A stretch of DNA of 64,000 nucleotides from an uncultured virus (IMG/VR IMGVR_UViG_3300023184_002233) (Duplodnaviria > Heunggongvirae > Uroviricota > Caudoviricetes): the IMG/VR virus record IMGVR_UViG_3300023184_002233. One strand, 5' to 3'. Under the pieces are notes generated by a model, which was given only the letters and a program-made list of their open reading frames with translations, was not told the origin of the DNA and made no database searches. A program made the translations under genes and the position numbers. This document shows, in pieces, positions 25,801-32,368 of the stretch (position 1 is its first letter; each line of letters begins with the position of its first letter).

Positions 25801-28800
25801 ATATGTTGCGGTAGGAAATACTATTATTTTGAGTGTTGATGTTATAAATTTAAAAGATTGGGTAGAAACTTATAGGTTACCGACTACTACTACAATTAAT
25901 AACAATACTGTTGCAGTAAGTAATGTTCTTAATGGTGTCACTTATGCAAGTACCACAGGATATACAGGATTTGTTGCAGTTGGTTTGGGACAACGACTAG
26001 TAGGATCTACTCTAGCTAACGTAGCATTAATCTATAACAGTACTAATGGAATAAATTGGCAACAAGTTAACTTTACCGCTACTATATATGGATTTAATGC
26101 TATTGCTGGAAACCAACAAACAATAGTAGCAGTAGGAGATAACGGTATCATCTACACAAGTTCTAATTCTACAACTTGGTTTGCACAAACTTCCGGGTTA
26201 ATAGATAATCTAACTAACATCATTTGGGATAGTATTAACAATGTATTTGTTGCTCTCGGTGAAAACGGTGTCATTTTAACTTCTGATATATTTGGGGAAA
26301 GCTGGACACCTCAAACAACAGACACAACCGAAACACTAGAAAGCGTTGTTTGGAACAATGATGATAGTGAATATGTAGTAGTTGGTTTAAACAATACTGT
26401 ATTGAGAAGTACCGACCTGACCACATGGACATCAACTGCTAATTTTGTAACTCCAGAAGCTGTGTACACCGTACAGGGGGATGCATTTACAGCAGGTTAC
26501 GGCCCAGAAGAAATGGTACCAGGCATAGTGTCTGATACGATTACGATGATTACTAATACTCGTCCTGGCACAAACTGGGATGAAACAATATATCAACATG
26601 TTGGTTACAATGTAGTTTCTTTAGAATTGACTCCAACCTCAGGAGATCAAGTTGAATATAGTTTTGTCAACGCAACAATTGTTCCAACTCAAGTTAGTGT
26701 ATTTGTAATAGATTACGCTACTGGATTAAGCACCACTTTATATGAAGGTATTGATTATTCAGTTGATTGGATTAATAAAATAGTAACATTAGATAATCCT
26801 ATTAATTACATTACTCCAGGTACTGATACTTTACGTATTGACGTATATGAAGTTGGTAATGGAGATCAATTAGTTAAAGCAAATACAGAAACTGATCCTA
26901 TCAGATTAAATTCAACAACAGGCTTCCATGAAATTTATGTTAATGCAAATTATACTGCTGGTATATATCAAGGATCAGGGGTAATTAGACCCACTACTGA
27001 ACCATTGGAAGCAATTGCACTTTTAACTAACGGAACATCTGATGCGATAACTTGTGATTCTGTAGAAAACTTTGTGTTGAATAGTCCAATAACATTTAGC
27101 GGAACAGTATTTGGTAATATTGTAGAAGATCAAGTTTATTATGTTAAATCTATTAGTGGTTCAACAAACAGAATTACTATATCATTGACTGTCAACGGTG
27201 ATACTTTTGCATTGGCTGATGCGACAGGATCCATGACTGCAATTATACAAGTGGGTACTGGTATTGTGTGGACTCCCCCTGCAATGTATCACAATGGATC
27301 TCCGTTGACATTGGGTACTACTAGTATCGTTACTAGAACAAAATCAACTACTAATACTATCACAACCAATTCAACCGGAACGATGGTACCAAATCAACCA
27401 ATCGTATTCAGTAATACAATGTTTGGGGACGTAATTGTACCACAACAAGTGTATTATGTAAAAACAGTATATGATGCAAATGAGTTTACTGTATCAGAAA
27501 CTCAAGGTGGAGATACATTAGAATTATCTGATGCAACCGGCGGAGCAATATTCATTACCAATGATTATGCAATCGGATTAGCAGATAATGGTGTCACTGC
27601 ATCAATTATGCTAGCAGCAGATTATGATGTTACTATAGATTATCTAGCATATACTTTAATGGGTGAAACATTGCCTATACAGTATGGTTATACATTGCCA
27701 ATAGTAGAAACATTTGTCGGTGATGCTGTTGGAACAGCATCATTCACTTTGACTAACTATTTGGGAGGAACTAACCCAACAAATGCAATTGTGGAAATTA
27801 ATGGGGTAAGACAGAATAATTCTGCATACACAATAAATGATATTAATAATACAATATTATTTTATAGTCCACCATCTGATGGAGATGTTATTTCAGTAAC
27901 CACATATAACTTAACTGAACGTCAATATTTTAATACACAATATAATATTACTGGATCAGTTGTAAGTGCATCAAGTATTACTATTAGCGACACCACTCAT
28001 TTAGTAAGTAGTTTTGACCAAGATACCCCAACTGTTGCAACATTTGATGAAGATAGTCCGGCAGTCGTGCTATATGACCAAACGTTAAACTACTTGACGT
28101 TGGCTTCTGGATCAACCAGTTCATTAATAGTTAATAGCGCACTTGTATTTGAAAATGTAATAGGTGGAATTGTTGCAGGACAAACATACTACATAACAGA
28201 AATATTAAATTCTACTGATTTTGTTATATCAACTCAAGTAGGTGGTTTCCCATTAGAAGTTACTACTGACAGTGGAGCAATGACCAGCGTGGTTGCCGGG
28301 TTAACTGTTTCTAATATAGTTGGAATAGATAATTCTATCACTACTCCTGTCGCAATTACTGTTTCAGGAACTATAGCAGCAGATGATTCGGTAATTTGTA
28401 GCACTACAACTACTTTAACTGTTGGCCAAGATATAATATTTAAAGCAGCAATTATAGGAGTTACTGAAGGAATAGTAAACAGTTATCAATATCAAATTAT
28501 TGATTTAGGTACTACTACTAATGCTGAATGGAATGACATTGCATTAACGTCCGGTGTTACATATGAAGTAGGTAGCACGTTCACCGTGCTTGCAGCTTCA
28601 GCAGCAGCGGGAACCGGCACTGTGTTACTTACTAATTTAGGTGGTATCAGCACACTTGGACAAGTTTATTTTGTTAGAGCATTATTAGATAGCACACATT
28701 TTACTATAGAAGATCAATATGGTAATATAATTGAACTTACTGATACCTCAGGTAATTCATTATATGCATACAGCGGAGGCTTAGTAGCAGTTAGAGTTAT

Positions 28801-30277
28801 AACTGGAATTGATCACGGTTTAACAGAAAATTCATTAATTCGTATTGACGGTGTAGTTGGATCAACCCAGTTAAACAACAATACATATTATGCTAGAATA
28901 ATAAGTAATACTGAATTTGATTTGTATACCTATCCATACAATCCTGCATATGGAGCTATTAATTACCCGGTCGTTGCAATATCTGCATATATCTCAGGTG
29001 GATATGCATGGTTAGATCAATTGTTTACTATTGCTACTACTGTAACAATTGGAACAAATTCTACTAATAACAGAATTGCTGTACAAGACGGAACTAAATT
29101 AATACATGGAACTCCGGTATACTTTACTCAATTTGGCGCTACTCAAAATGAAGATATATTAGGTAATATTTTAGCACAGCATGAATATTATGTGTATGAA
29201 GTTACACCGGCAACAAATGCGGATGATTTTGTAGTAGGTTATCAGTATCAAATTGTAGTATTGGGTGATACAGATTGGAATCTTGTTGCAGGTACATCAG
29301 CCGTTACTTACGTTGTAGATGATATAATTACAGTTGATGCAATTGATTCAGGAACAACAGGCGTTGCAAGTAGTTTACAAGAATTTACTATTAGCGAAAC
29401 TCGCTATCCAGATGAATCAACATTTGCATTAACAACAGCTACTGGTGTAGTAAATGTTTCTCAATTCCAACAAATCAATGTTGATAGATTATGGGTAACT
29501 GTAAATGGTTTACGAGTTCCGGCATCATCTTTAAGATTGAACGAATACAACAATTTAAGTATTTTGACAACAATACAAACAGGCGATGTAGTTATTATAA
29601 CTAGTATGATGCCAACAGCTACTCCAAATGAAGAAACTTATTTATTAAATGTAACTACAAGCAATCAGCCATCTGTATATAGAGCAAATTCACAGACTAG
29701 AACTTGGTTAACTCACCCATTAGAATACACTGATACTTTGATTTATTTAAATGATGTAAGTCGTATAACCGATACTATTGTTCAGGATGTAACGTGTCCA
29801 GTTGCTGTAGACGGGTTATATAATATTGGATTAACTTCTAATAAGAACGTAATATGTCATTTGACAGTTTATAACAATACAACTTCTACCTTAGTGGACC
29901 CAGTAAATTATTCAACAATTGTTGTAGATACCGCTCCAATATTGCAAATTTCTGCTCAAGTTTCAGTTGGGGATTCATTGACAATCACTTCAGTTGAAGG
30001 TAGATTATTATATGTCAATGGGGAGCAAATTGGATTCAGAGAATGTGATTTGACCAACAATACAGTCAGTGATTTGCAACGCGGAACAAACGGCACAGGT
30101 ACACAGACTTATATTCCGTTATATTCTGAAGCATACGGATTGGTTCCAAATAATCGTATGACAGACGTACTATATTCTTCTGCGTGGAATTCTTATGTAT
30201 ACAATACAGTTGAGGGCGATCCGTTGCAGATTAGTGACACATTGGGAGCAGGTTTCTTAAGAACGGATAGAACTTAA
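10859..30277 (+). CDS. Giant (6472 aa) virion structural protein; baseplate wedge/fibre-like multidomain protein
   Basis: 19.4-kb uninterrupted ORF after gp6-like gene; Thr/Ser/Asn-rich; ~12-14 repeated beta modules (P(I/V).F.G..FGG(I/V)....YY(V/I)...F.IS); FG-GAP-like repeats ~18080-19980; BNR-like repeats ~25490-26430. Confidence 0.75.
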   Translation: MATRIRTLNFLPEIFKTPTNAQFLAATLDQLVSQPNTKKIEGYVGSKFGYGINANDYYVTEPTKIRTDYQLEPGVAFLKENDTTATDFISYPGIIDSLKLEGALTDNNNRLFNSEFYSWDSFTNLDKIINFNQYYWLPTGPERVVVATDIVYNSAAYVVQSLSNEYLISSETLTTPSSNPSLTLLRGGTYTFTVNQNSQFWIQGAPGVTGYSPTQRNVQTRDVYGVTNNGAENGIVTFTVPQKDALNEYNFPLGPSIGVISTLPFSQVNGALVNDIGGIDGVTALNGLTVMFYNTGIEDEIAYVNQFYDQTTYDQETSGSVSPGGGVPYDNTTDYPGTSIFNYNYEGGYYTTVNQNFYTITLLGDQANPQIQLTPTAPIPNNQIITPLFGTQFADIGFYRNSIGTISPIPYNSAILDRLYYQDGSNPNKVGVLKIVDSNVTNTLNILTQILGRSTYTAPNGVVFSNGLKVLFQGDIYPESYNNVEYYVEGVGTAIELIPVTTLVTPGLFSEGTYIPYDTLAYDVGNYDSSLNIPVEQDYITIARNAINKNAWSRSNRWFHIDVIRATALYNNSPDLVTQLATLNNKANRPIIEFYPNLRLFDSGAYGKPPIDFLDTRTTDAFSQVAGQTNYYPDVAGYTTYNATIAPVTGAITTKTATSTTAVSNEITLNNTTGVHINDTIVFGGTVFGGIASGTTYYITNVIGNNITISTTKLGTSLSLTTSSGTMTTSIYPYSTTITIPTSDVSGLFEVGQYISDSTNLLPTITFITDVTTVSTDTVITVSWDKTNATVSATSVASVVTADTPLSNYALFEGSRVVFASDTNLEVRNKIYVSHFSTISGSSTPIITLTEAEDGLVLADEQTAVYRGYTNRGKDFYFDGLYWNAGQQKTNVNQPPKFDVLDSNNISFGNPEYYLGTSFTGCTLFAYGIGTGPNDSVLGFPLRYSSVDNVGDISFDVTLNSQTFTYVDGTSPITQNVNTGYIFNYLTRTEYVRELGWQTAVSPSVQYQVFEFNWNLIDLNPEFVCDVSATYSIPTNWPLVQVYINNTYLPSTDYTVTITDTTTTIDIPIFTINSIETVIQVLVLSDQVSKTAYYQTPINLNNNPLNQDITTANIGDIRGQYQSIFFNNPNTTGEVFGPNNYRDLGNLVPWGNRIIQNGASLVLPGTFLRKQNHNLFNSILYNSRQYIGFKNLLMDTVNTTDYSYYMTAAAMLDDALDVMNAPRTDSDSFFWSDMLPQKAPYITNTYSFANSLDVSIYPLSTIYNYATANYNGILVYLVRNGVQTQLIKNVDYTISSTSPALTVTKDLLQNDQIIINEYNQTYGSFAPNTPTKLGLYPATIPNVTLDTAYVVPTYFIVGHDGSYNKLYGEYNSVTGKLEDFRDQVLLEFETRVYNNLKLSNTIPIQAYEVLPGFFRNTGYSYAEFLQIYSESFLNWVGQNRVDYKTQLYSVNGKYSYNYTNSGNRINGEPIEQGYFRGMYLFYYDTSTPNVTPWEMLGYANQPDWWVTRYGPAPYTSDNLVLWGDLAAGEDWGTINPVTGRGVVLPRYVRNGLLNILPVDSSGNLVPPLDSVVGNYDENTFRNNWQVGDVGPTEFSYRRSSSWPFDLMRILALTKPAEFFNLGVDVDNYKYNSEFDQYLVNNRSHLVVNNIPIYGNGTPATSYINWIVDFEKQVGVDATTNITTLLDNLDVRLVYRLAGFSDKNLLKFYVEKSSANSNNSSLLIPDESYSVLLYDNQAFDRIVYSGVVIQIATIDNDPLKGTCFRIFGNSQTNAYFKTLTPSYGGQTERVTVEGVTVTITNTYSNTVQVVPYGTTFYTVQEVAQFLSSYGKYLENQGVKFDQIENGVPVNWSQMIAEFLYWSQTGWDVGSITTLNPSANTFTVNKDSYIVQPLTFRQLNFVLNQNLYPIQSVDLSVVRNGTIFDATPLNQGDTIAYGQFNISNIEHGVVFDNVTLFNDIIYNLVTGLRQNRIYLRGTKTADWDGTMDAYGFILNQDNIAEWSREVKYTKGSIVKYKNKYWTALTIIQAKEIFDERDWRRTDYNEIQKGLLPNSQTRSYESTLYYDINNANLENDADLLSFSLIGYRPRDYMALADLTDITQINVYQNMIKDKGTLNAASAFKGATLAQGGIDYDLYENWAIKSGEFGGILNDNFIEFQLKQSELTGNPSIVGLTNGVPNAGVQQEVPIYSITNYGRPISNVDVLPTIEPTSPSTLLPSAGYVNFNDVKMASYFYSGLSSAINSVGTLVPINKFYVRDYAWLANYLSEWKVFTPASLGAVTNAKNNLNNTVTITFSQAHNLSRYQLFAIVNFDTNINNYYIVAAVVDPFNVIINLALNPSIRNITGLGIGFKMQNQRVATAPEIGDLPLLDNEFNKLKVWVDTNNDGSWAVFRKSLNYQFEKEILNSASQSFGSAVAYTTDMGYLIGDADAGEVYRYKYDPITDSYLLNQTISHGASFGSTISYTDDLFVISEPTSSSNVYIYQLITTLLVNTVNLYQTIAAPGGVTNWGSSTTLSGDKNWLYISDIDNNSVHVYRKSTITDLYEPMYIIDGDTLGLTSSGDKFGYSISTDYYGDTVVIGTPFKNYNGATENYGYTYVFDRTVQNFEIQNTSQRYIPLPLSLAWTPTTVTQTATATNATTDRITVTSSAGFSVGDPVIFSGTLLSSGALGENIVYYVYDKPSATTFRVALTRDAISPIQLNTESGGSMVVTVQTTPLFVTINGTLIEDNNYAVIGSVLYMYSSSTPLLNAGDIVNVSGINFVLAQTLDNGQAPRVGVEFGTSVDTNKFANEILVGAPFELNSKNYEGAVHRFTNGGESYGIIIGTSDCNITTPRNILLNGYSVSLPVGNATAAAQAINLTQVTNVNATALDGKLIIQLINIDISTPNNKLSLTAVESVTFAELGINVFTETQVVTCPHPTGRTQFGTTIKFDKSNSGSFISSAPVGARFAATTFDFTDDELDNDTVFDNNATQWVDTFRNAGAVYMFDYLSTYNESLSAPGKFVYAQSTNAKDLDYGSQPYYGTALDFNDNRVTVGTPNFAPTTNANDTNGQVITYVSLSSEPDWAVFRSTSAIVDVNSLGPIQLFSASTNQTLENLDYFDPLQGKLLGAIQQNIDVISNVDPAGYNSPSYTQGNLVWGPEKLGMIWFNTNNTRFMNYHQNDVTYNSQWWGRVFPGSDVSVYSWVVSNVPPAQYPGPGVPFSPTDYSVQGVINAEGLVVPVYYFWARNTNTVFTRRDKTLADTTLQLYIANPQGTGISYFSPLLPNVFGLYNCFDYVNGNDTTLHIGYATANNDDVAHNQYSLIRANYADDFLPGFPGSGAAYQYHGAVGITEPTSLYNRMLDSMCGVDNFGAVVPNPLLPKLVQTGVLAKPRQGFFYDRFGALQNYLQYANEILAQYPITETRNAAFLSKTGTFYDTKNYWNYINWWATGYNNNTKSSLQVSIYADLSTLDVAAGTIVTVVANSAGNSETYIYNVDGTWTRIGLTNGTIEFSSYLWDYPSAKLGFGDNFFDTNLYDEYPSEETRNIVRALNEEIYTNELLIHRNKSLILLFEYIQSETVENQNYLPWLNKTSLMDVSHTIRELLPLEVFRSDNQDFLAGYINEVKPYHVVIKEFLFKYTKTDVFEGDITDFDIPSQFNTTVQQFISPELVYANPSGDNQFLPTDPIWQTAPYSQWFSNYGLSIGYRVENTVAGETNYPITKLASYVSLSSNSLYVDNVNGFPVTGSILIGTEEIAYSSIDLLTNQLLGLARGYNSTTIEQHIPGEQIYIDLPAVIVLNSGRGYTEPPRVTAYIDTTVYPAPRVVAQLEPIMSLDSVIGVKVLNPGEGYAVLPTIQIDPAFTITFNSTSVNVDNSTIEIEAPLLQTGDLLIYNIPAGSTKIGGLVDGQKYYVGVLETTPSTVIALYDTYFTLLNDHDRVPLTSQGSGTQTLKVGAVASCITSSIPTRENSITLRYDRTSYTSQVIEWEPAGYYGSFYAGSFNDSLRLSSSSISLEASSPPISSILASAQGVGFSILNVENNQTLEWSSRTRDTIQTYGPAATYPNAIRINPSTGGSSVDALLGSTLGFYVGMPVKFVGSIPAGSPIVSSTPIGVTPESTTIYYVKSLLKLPKIIDAGSFVFGKVYTIVSVGNTDFVAIGASANTVGVVFTATGTGSGTGTASDATLLEDTGFTISATVDTDGVPGATFSLTTATVGTAGLTLYVGELTNTAIMTVNYNGIRTVTGTSSTNNIITIPLNAIGENGTTGFYQGLPIFFTGNVFGGVVENDTYYVTTVIDLQNFTMSTSNDPLVLTATATNASGYAITCNTTLGLSVNDPIIFTGTTFGGIVEGTIYYVRELFSGNSTFSISASVNGSAVVLTTDSGSCSVTSQVDTVVLTTSTGSMTLNMGLPVSPGQVNGQQFTLYKTSGEYTSVSGTVSNLIERNITATLATVNRVCLTTNSGGITNIYTNMDFDVASNIGGLTTSGGPYTVTGTGTTSITVTATFSNNRLRCTDTDVLYEGMPIYFSGTSLGGVSLDEVYYVLDIVNSTDFTISESPAGSEFDTLGDSGSMTGTGEPYLTVADTLSDATGLVTLTQSVGTTPTFNVSYILGGYQAVVATAGTGYAETNIITILGTAIGGTTPTNNLSLQVSAVNSSGGILGTIASGAPAGATEQYYVKVYSETQLELYENSNLTVAVSGLNFPYTGITTTTVTELDTYDITVDSLTGFDLNDPIVFTGTLAGNIELGTTYYIKTLTPTLTISETIAGASFNVGTATNLSFTMAKAGDFALLPEPFFFDASVVKYNNRLYQCIISNNDQDFIFGKWELLDAGNNKLNALDRIMGYYQPTVNMPGVDLTQLVTGITYPNATYLGNPFAPAEEFTLDTILTDRPFYATGLDLKAVVWNGLTYVSVADTTSYSSINVSTTSETWAITQLSNSTINITDMLFNGVFYVMTCNNSATPILTSEDGINWSTITSYTPLGLTATTIPLSMNSVSYGQSLGYVAVGNTIILSVDVINLKDWVETYRLPTTTTINNNTVAVSNVLNGVTYASTTGYTGFVAVGLGQRLVGSTLANVALIYNSTNGINWQQVNFTATIYGFNAIAGNQQTIVAVGDNGIIYTSSNSTTWFAQTSGLIDNLTNIIWDSINNVFVALGENGVILTSDIFGESWTPQTTDTTETLESVVWNNDDSEYVVVGLNNTVLRSTDLTTWTSTANFVTPEAVYTVQGDAFTAGYGPEEMVPGIVSDTITMITNTRPGTNWDETIYQHVGYNVVSLELTPTSGDQVEYSFVNATIVPTQVSVFVIDYATGLSTTLYEGIDYSVDWINKIVTLDNPINYITPGTDTLRIDVYEVGNGDQLVKANTETDPIRLNSTTGFHEIYVNANYTAGIYQGSGVIRPTTEPLEAIALLTNGTSDAITCDSVENFVLNSPITFSGTVFGNIVEDQVYYVKSISGSTNRITISLTVNGDTFALADATGSMTAIIQVGTGIVWTPPAMYHNGSPLTLGTTSIVTRTKSTTNTITTNSTGTMVPNQPIVFSNTMFGDVIVPQQVYYVKTVYDANEFTVSETQGGDTLELSDATGGAIFITNDYAIGLADNGVTASIMLAADYDVTIDYLAYTLMGETLPIQYGYTLPIVETFVGDAVGTASFTLTNYLGGTNPTNAIVEINGVRQNNSAYTINDINNTILFYSPPSDGDVISVTTYNLTERQYFNTQYNITGSVVSASSITISDTTHLVSSFDQDTPTVATFDEDSPAVVLYDQTLNYLTLASGSTSSLIVNSALVFENVIGGIVAGQTYYITEILNSTDFVISTQVGGFPLEVTTDSGAMTSVVAGLTVSNIVGIDNSITTPVAITVSGTIAADDSVICSTTTTLTVGQDIIFKAAIIGVTEGIVNSYQYQIIDLGTTTNAEWNDIALTSGVTYEVGSTFTVLAASAAAGTGTVLLTNLGGISTLGQVYFVRALLDSTHFTIEDQYGNIIELTDTSGNSLYAYSGGLVAVRVITGIDHGLTENSLIRIDGVVGSTQLNNNTYYARIISNTEFDLYTYPYNPAYGAINYPVVAISAYISGGYAWLDQLFTIATTVTIGTNSTNNRIAVQDGTKLIHGTPVYFTQFGATQNEDILGNILAQHEYYVYEVTPATNADDFVVGYQYQIVVLGDTDWNLVAGTSAVTYVVDDIITVDAIDSGTTGVASSLQEFTISETRYPDESTFALTTATGVVNVSQFQQINVDRLWVTVNGLRVPASSLRLNEYNNLSILTTIQTGDVVIITSMMPTATPNEETYLLNVTTSNQPSVYRANSQTRTWLTHPLEYTDTLIYLNDVSRITDTIVQDVTCPVAVDGLYNIGLTSNKNVICHLTVYNNTTSTLVDPVNYSTIVVDTAPILQISAQVSVGDSLTITSVEGRLLYVNGEQIGFRECDLTNNTVSDLQRGTNGTGTQTYIPLYSEAYGLVPNNRMTDVLYSSAWNSYVYNTVEGDPLQISDTLGAGFLRTDRT

Positions 30278-30279
30278 AG

Positions 30280-30286
30280 ATAAATA
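30280..30286 (+). promoter_or_regulatory. Putative late promoter box ATAAATA
   Basis: Intergenic GATAAATAAATA directly before the small ORF at 30292. Confidence 0.45.
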
Positions 30287-30291
30287 AATAT

Positions 30292-30444
30292 ATGAACGAA
30301 AAACTGGAAGAAAACAAAGAACAAACGCCCGTGGCACAGGAGAAAAAACCCAATGAACACGGGGGTTTTTACTTTTCTTCCAGCGTAAAGATAACGGACC
30401 CAAATACTAAGGAAGTCTTAGTACATACACGAGGCGATAATTAA
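30292..30444 (+). CDS. Small 50-aa protein not in the ORF track (MNEKLEEN...VKITDPNTKEVLVHTRGDN)
   Basis: Open frame ATG 30292 to TAA 30444 fills the gap and abuts ATG 30445; C-terminal half resembles N-terminus of next protein. Confidence 0.7.
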   Translation: MNEKLEENKEQTPVAQEKKPNEHGGFYFSSSVKITDPNTKEVLVHTRGDN

Positions 30445-31065
30445 ATGTCAGTAATAACACTATCATATAAAGTAGAAGGATTTATCAAAATCTATGACCC
30501 TAACAATGGGGAAATATTTGTAGACAAGAAAAATGCTATAAATTATGAAACCATGTCTGAGGCCATTGCTGACACATTAAGCAGTCGTGGTTACGGGGAA
30601 ATCTATGAAATGGCGTTTGGGAACGGTGGCGCAAGCGTATCTGAGACCGGAGTTATTACTTATTTGCCCCCAAACGTAACCGGGCAAAATGCAGCACTAT
30701 ACAATCAAACTTACGCTAAAATCGTAGATGATACAAGTGTTTTTAATTTGGATCCTACACGCAACAAGATGACAGTTTCTCATACTACAGGGAAGTATTA
30801 TACAGATATTTTGGTACAATGCTTGTTAGATTACGGTGAACCAGCTGGACAAGCAGCATTTGATAATAGTACACAAACCGACAGTTCTTATATTTTTGAT
30901 GAATTAGGTTTGCTTGCTAATTACGGGACTGATAGTTCGGGAGCAACTATCACTAGATTATTGACCCATGTGATTTTTCACCCGGTTCAAAAGAGTTTAA
31001 ATAGACAAATACAAATTGATTATACTGTCAGGATTCAAAGTCTGACAAATTTAGTAACAATTTAA
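30445..31065 (+). CDS. Baseplate/tail-associated structural protein
   Basis: 206 aa; FDELGL and LLTHVIFHPVQKSLNR.IQIDYTVRI motifs; structural-module context. Confidence 0.55.
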   Translation: MSVITLSYKVEGFIKIYDPNNGEIFVDKKNAINYETMSEAIADTLSSRGYGEIYEMAFGNGGASVSETGVITYLPPNVTGQNAALYNQTYAKIVDDTSVFNLDPTRNKMTVSHTTGKYYTDILVQCLLDYGEPAGQAAFDNSTQTDSSYIFDELGLLANYGTDSSGATITRLLTHVIFHPVQKSLNRQIQIDYTVRIQSLTNLVTI

Positions 31066-31066
31066 G

Positions 31067-31073
31067 ATAAATA
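31067..31073 (+). promoter_or_regulatory. Putative late promoter box ATAAATA
   Basis: Intergenic, upstream of GGAG (31083-31086) and ATG 31097. Confidence 0.55.
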
Positions 31074-31096
31074 ACAGATATCGGAGTAATTTTAAA

Positions 31097-32359
31097 ATGG
31101 CATATACAATTGTAAAAAGCAATGGAACAGTTTTAACTACCATTGCTGACGGTACTATAAATACCAGCAGTACCTCATTAGCGTTACCGGGTAGAAACTA
31201 CGCAGGGTACGGTTCCTATCTGGATACCAACTTTGTTCATGCCCTAGAAAATTTTGCTAATGCTTCACCTCCGTCAAACCCATTACAGGGTCAACTGTGG
31301 TATAACACAAATGCTAGTACATTGTGCGTTTGTCCAGCAGATGGCACTACTACTGCAAGTTCATGGATTACACTAGCACAATCAGGCAGCGGTGGAACAA
31401 CCACGTTCGGAACAGTTAACGTTACTGGAACATTAACAGCAGGAAATCTTACTACTACTGGAACAGTAACCGGGGCAAATGCAGTATTTACTAACATATC
31501 TGTAAGTGCAAATGCTAATATAACTACCGGAAATCTTACTACCGCTAATATTGGAACAACTAATACTCAACTTATTTCTACTGGTGCTAATGCTACTAAT
31601 GGAATACTACAAGGTACTTGGACATTAAACGGCGGTGGCACTGCAAATAGTATAGCTGGTACAAGTTTATTAGTTCAAAATGGTAATCTGCAAATTGGTT
31701 ACACTGGTGGATCATTGGGTATTAGAACAGATAACTATTACTATGCTAATGGTGCTGTAGTTAGTTTTGCAGGTACTTACAATAACGGCAACGTTTATGA
31801 TTACTTGACTGGTTCAAATTCAATTACACGCTTTAGCGGAACATTGGGAAATGCATCAGCTCCAATATCAAGCATTACTACAGCAAATATCACATCTGGT
31901 GCAAATAGTACAGCAGGATCATTAACTGGAAACTGGACATTGACTTCCGGTAGTAGATTACAAGCAACTTACGCTGACTTAGCAGAACGTTTTGAAGCTG
32001 ATGCATTCTACGATGCAGGAACAGTAGTTGAATTGGGCGGTGAAAAAGAAATTACCAGTGTAAGATACGAATTGAGTGAAGATATCTTTGGTGTTATCTC
32101 TGATACTGCTGCTTATTTAATGAATTCGGGTGCAGGAGATAATACAACTCACCCGCCAGTGGCTATGACAGGCCGGGTTCAAGTAAAAGTCACCGATATA
32201 GTAAAGAAAGGTGATCGTTTAGTTAGTGCAGGTAATGGAATAGCCCGTGCTGCTAAAGCAGGCGAAGCAACTGCATTCAACGTTATCGGACGAGCATTAG
32301 AAAACAAAACAACAACTACTATTGGAACAGTTTTAGCAATTGTTACTGTATCTAAATAA
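31097..32359 (+). CDS. Short tail fibre/spike-like protein with C-terminal intramolecular-chaperone (peptidase G2-like) domain
   Basis: N-terminal GRNYAGYG..NFVH.LENFA..P..P.QGQLWY; Thr/Gly/Asn-rich beta repeats; C-terminal YADLAERF...GTVV...GVIS...AYLMN...GRV.VKV...KGD.LVS...IGRALE. Confidence 0.7.
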   Translation: MAYTIVKSNGTVLTTIADGTINTSSTSLALPGRNYAGYGSYLDTNFVHALENFANASPPSNPLQGQLWYNTNASTLCVCPADGTTTASSWITLAQSGSGGTTTFGTVNVTGTLTAGNLTTTGTVTGANAVFTNISVSANANITTGNLTTANIGTTNTQLISTGANATNGILQGTWTLNGGGTANSIAGTSLLVQNGNLQIGYTGGSLGIRTDNYYYANGAVVSFAGTYNNGNVYDYLTGSNSITRFSGTLGNASAPISSITTANITSGANSTAGSLTGNWTLTSGSRLQATYADLAERFEADAFYDAGTVVELGGEKEITSVRYELSEDIFGVISDTAAYLMNSGAGDNTTHPPVAMTGRVQVKVTDIVKKGDRLVSAGNGIARAAKAGEATAFNVIGRALENKTTTTIGTVLAIVTVSK

Positions 32360-32368
32360 GGATTAAAA

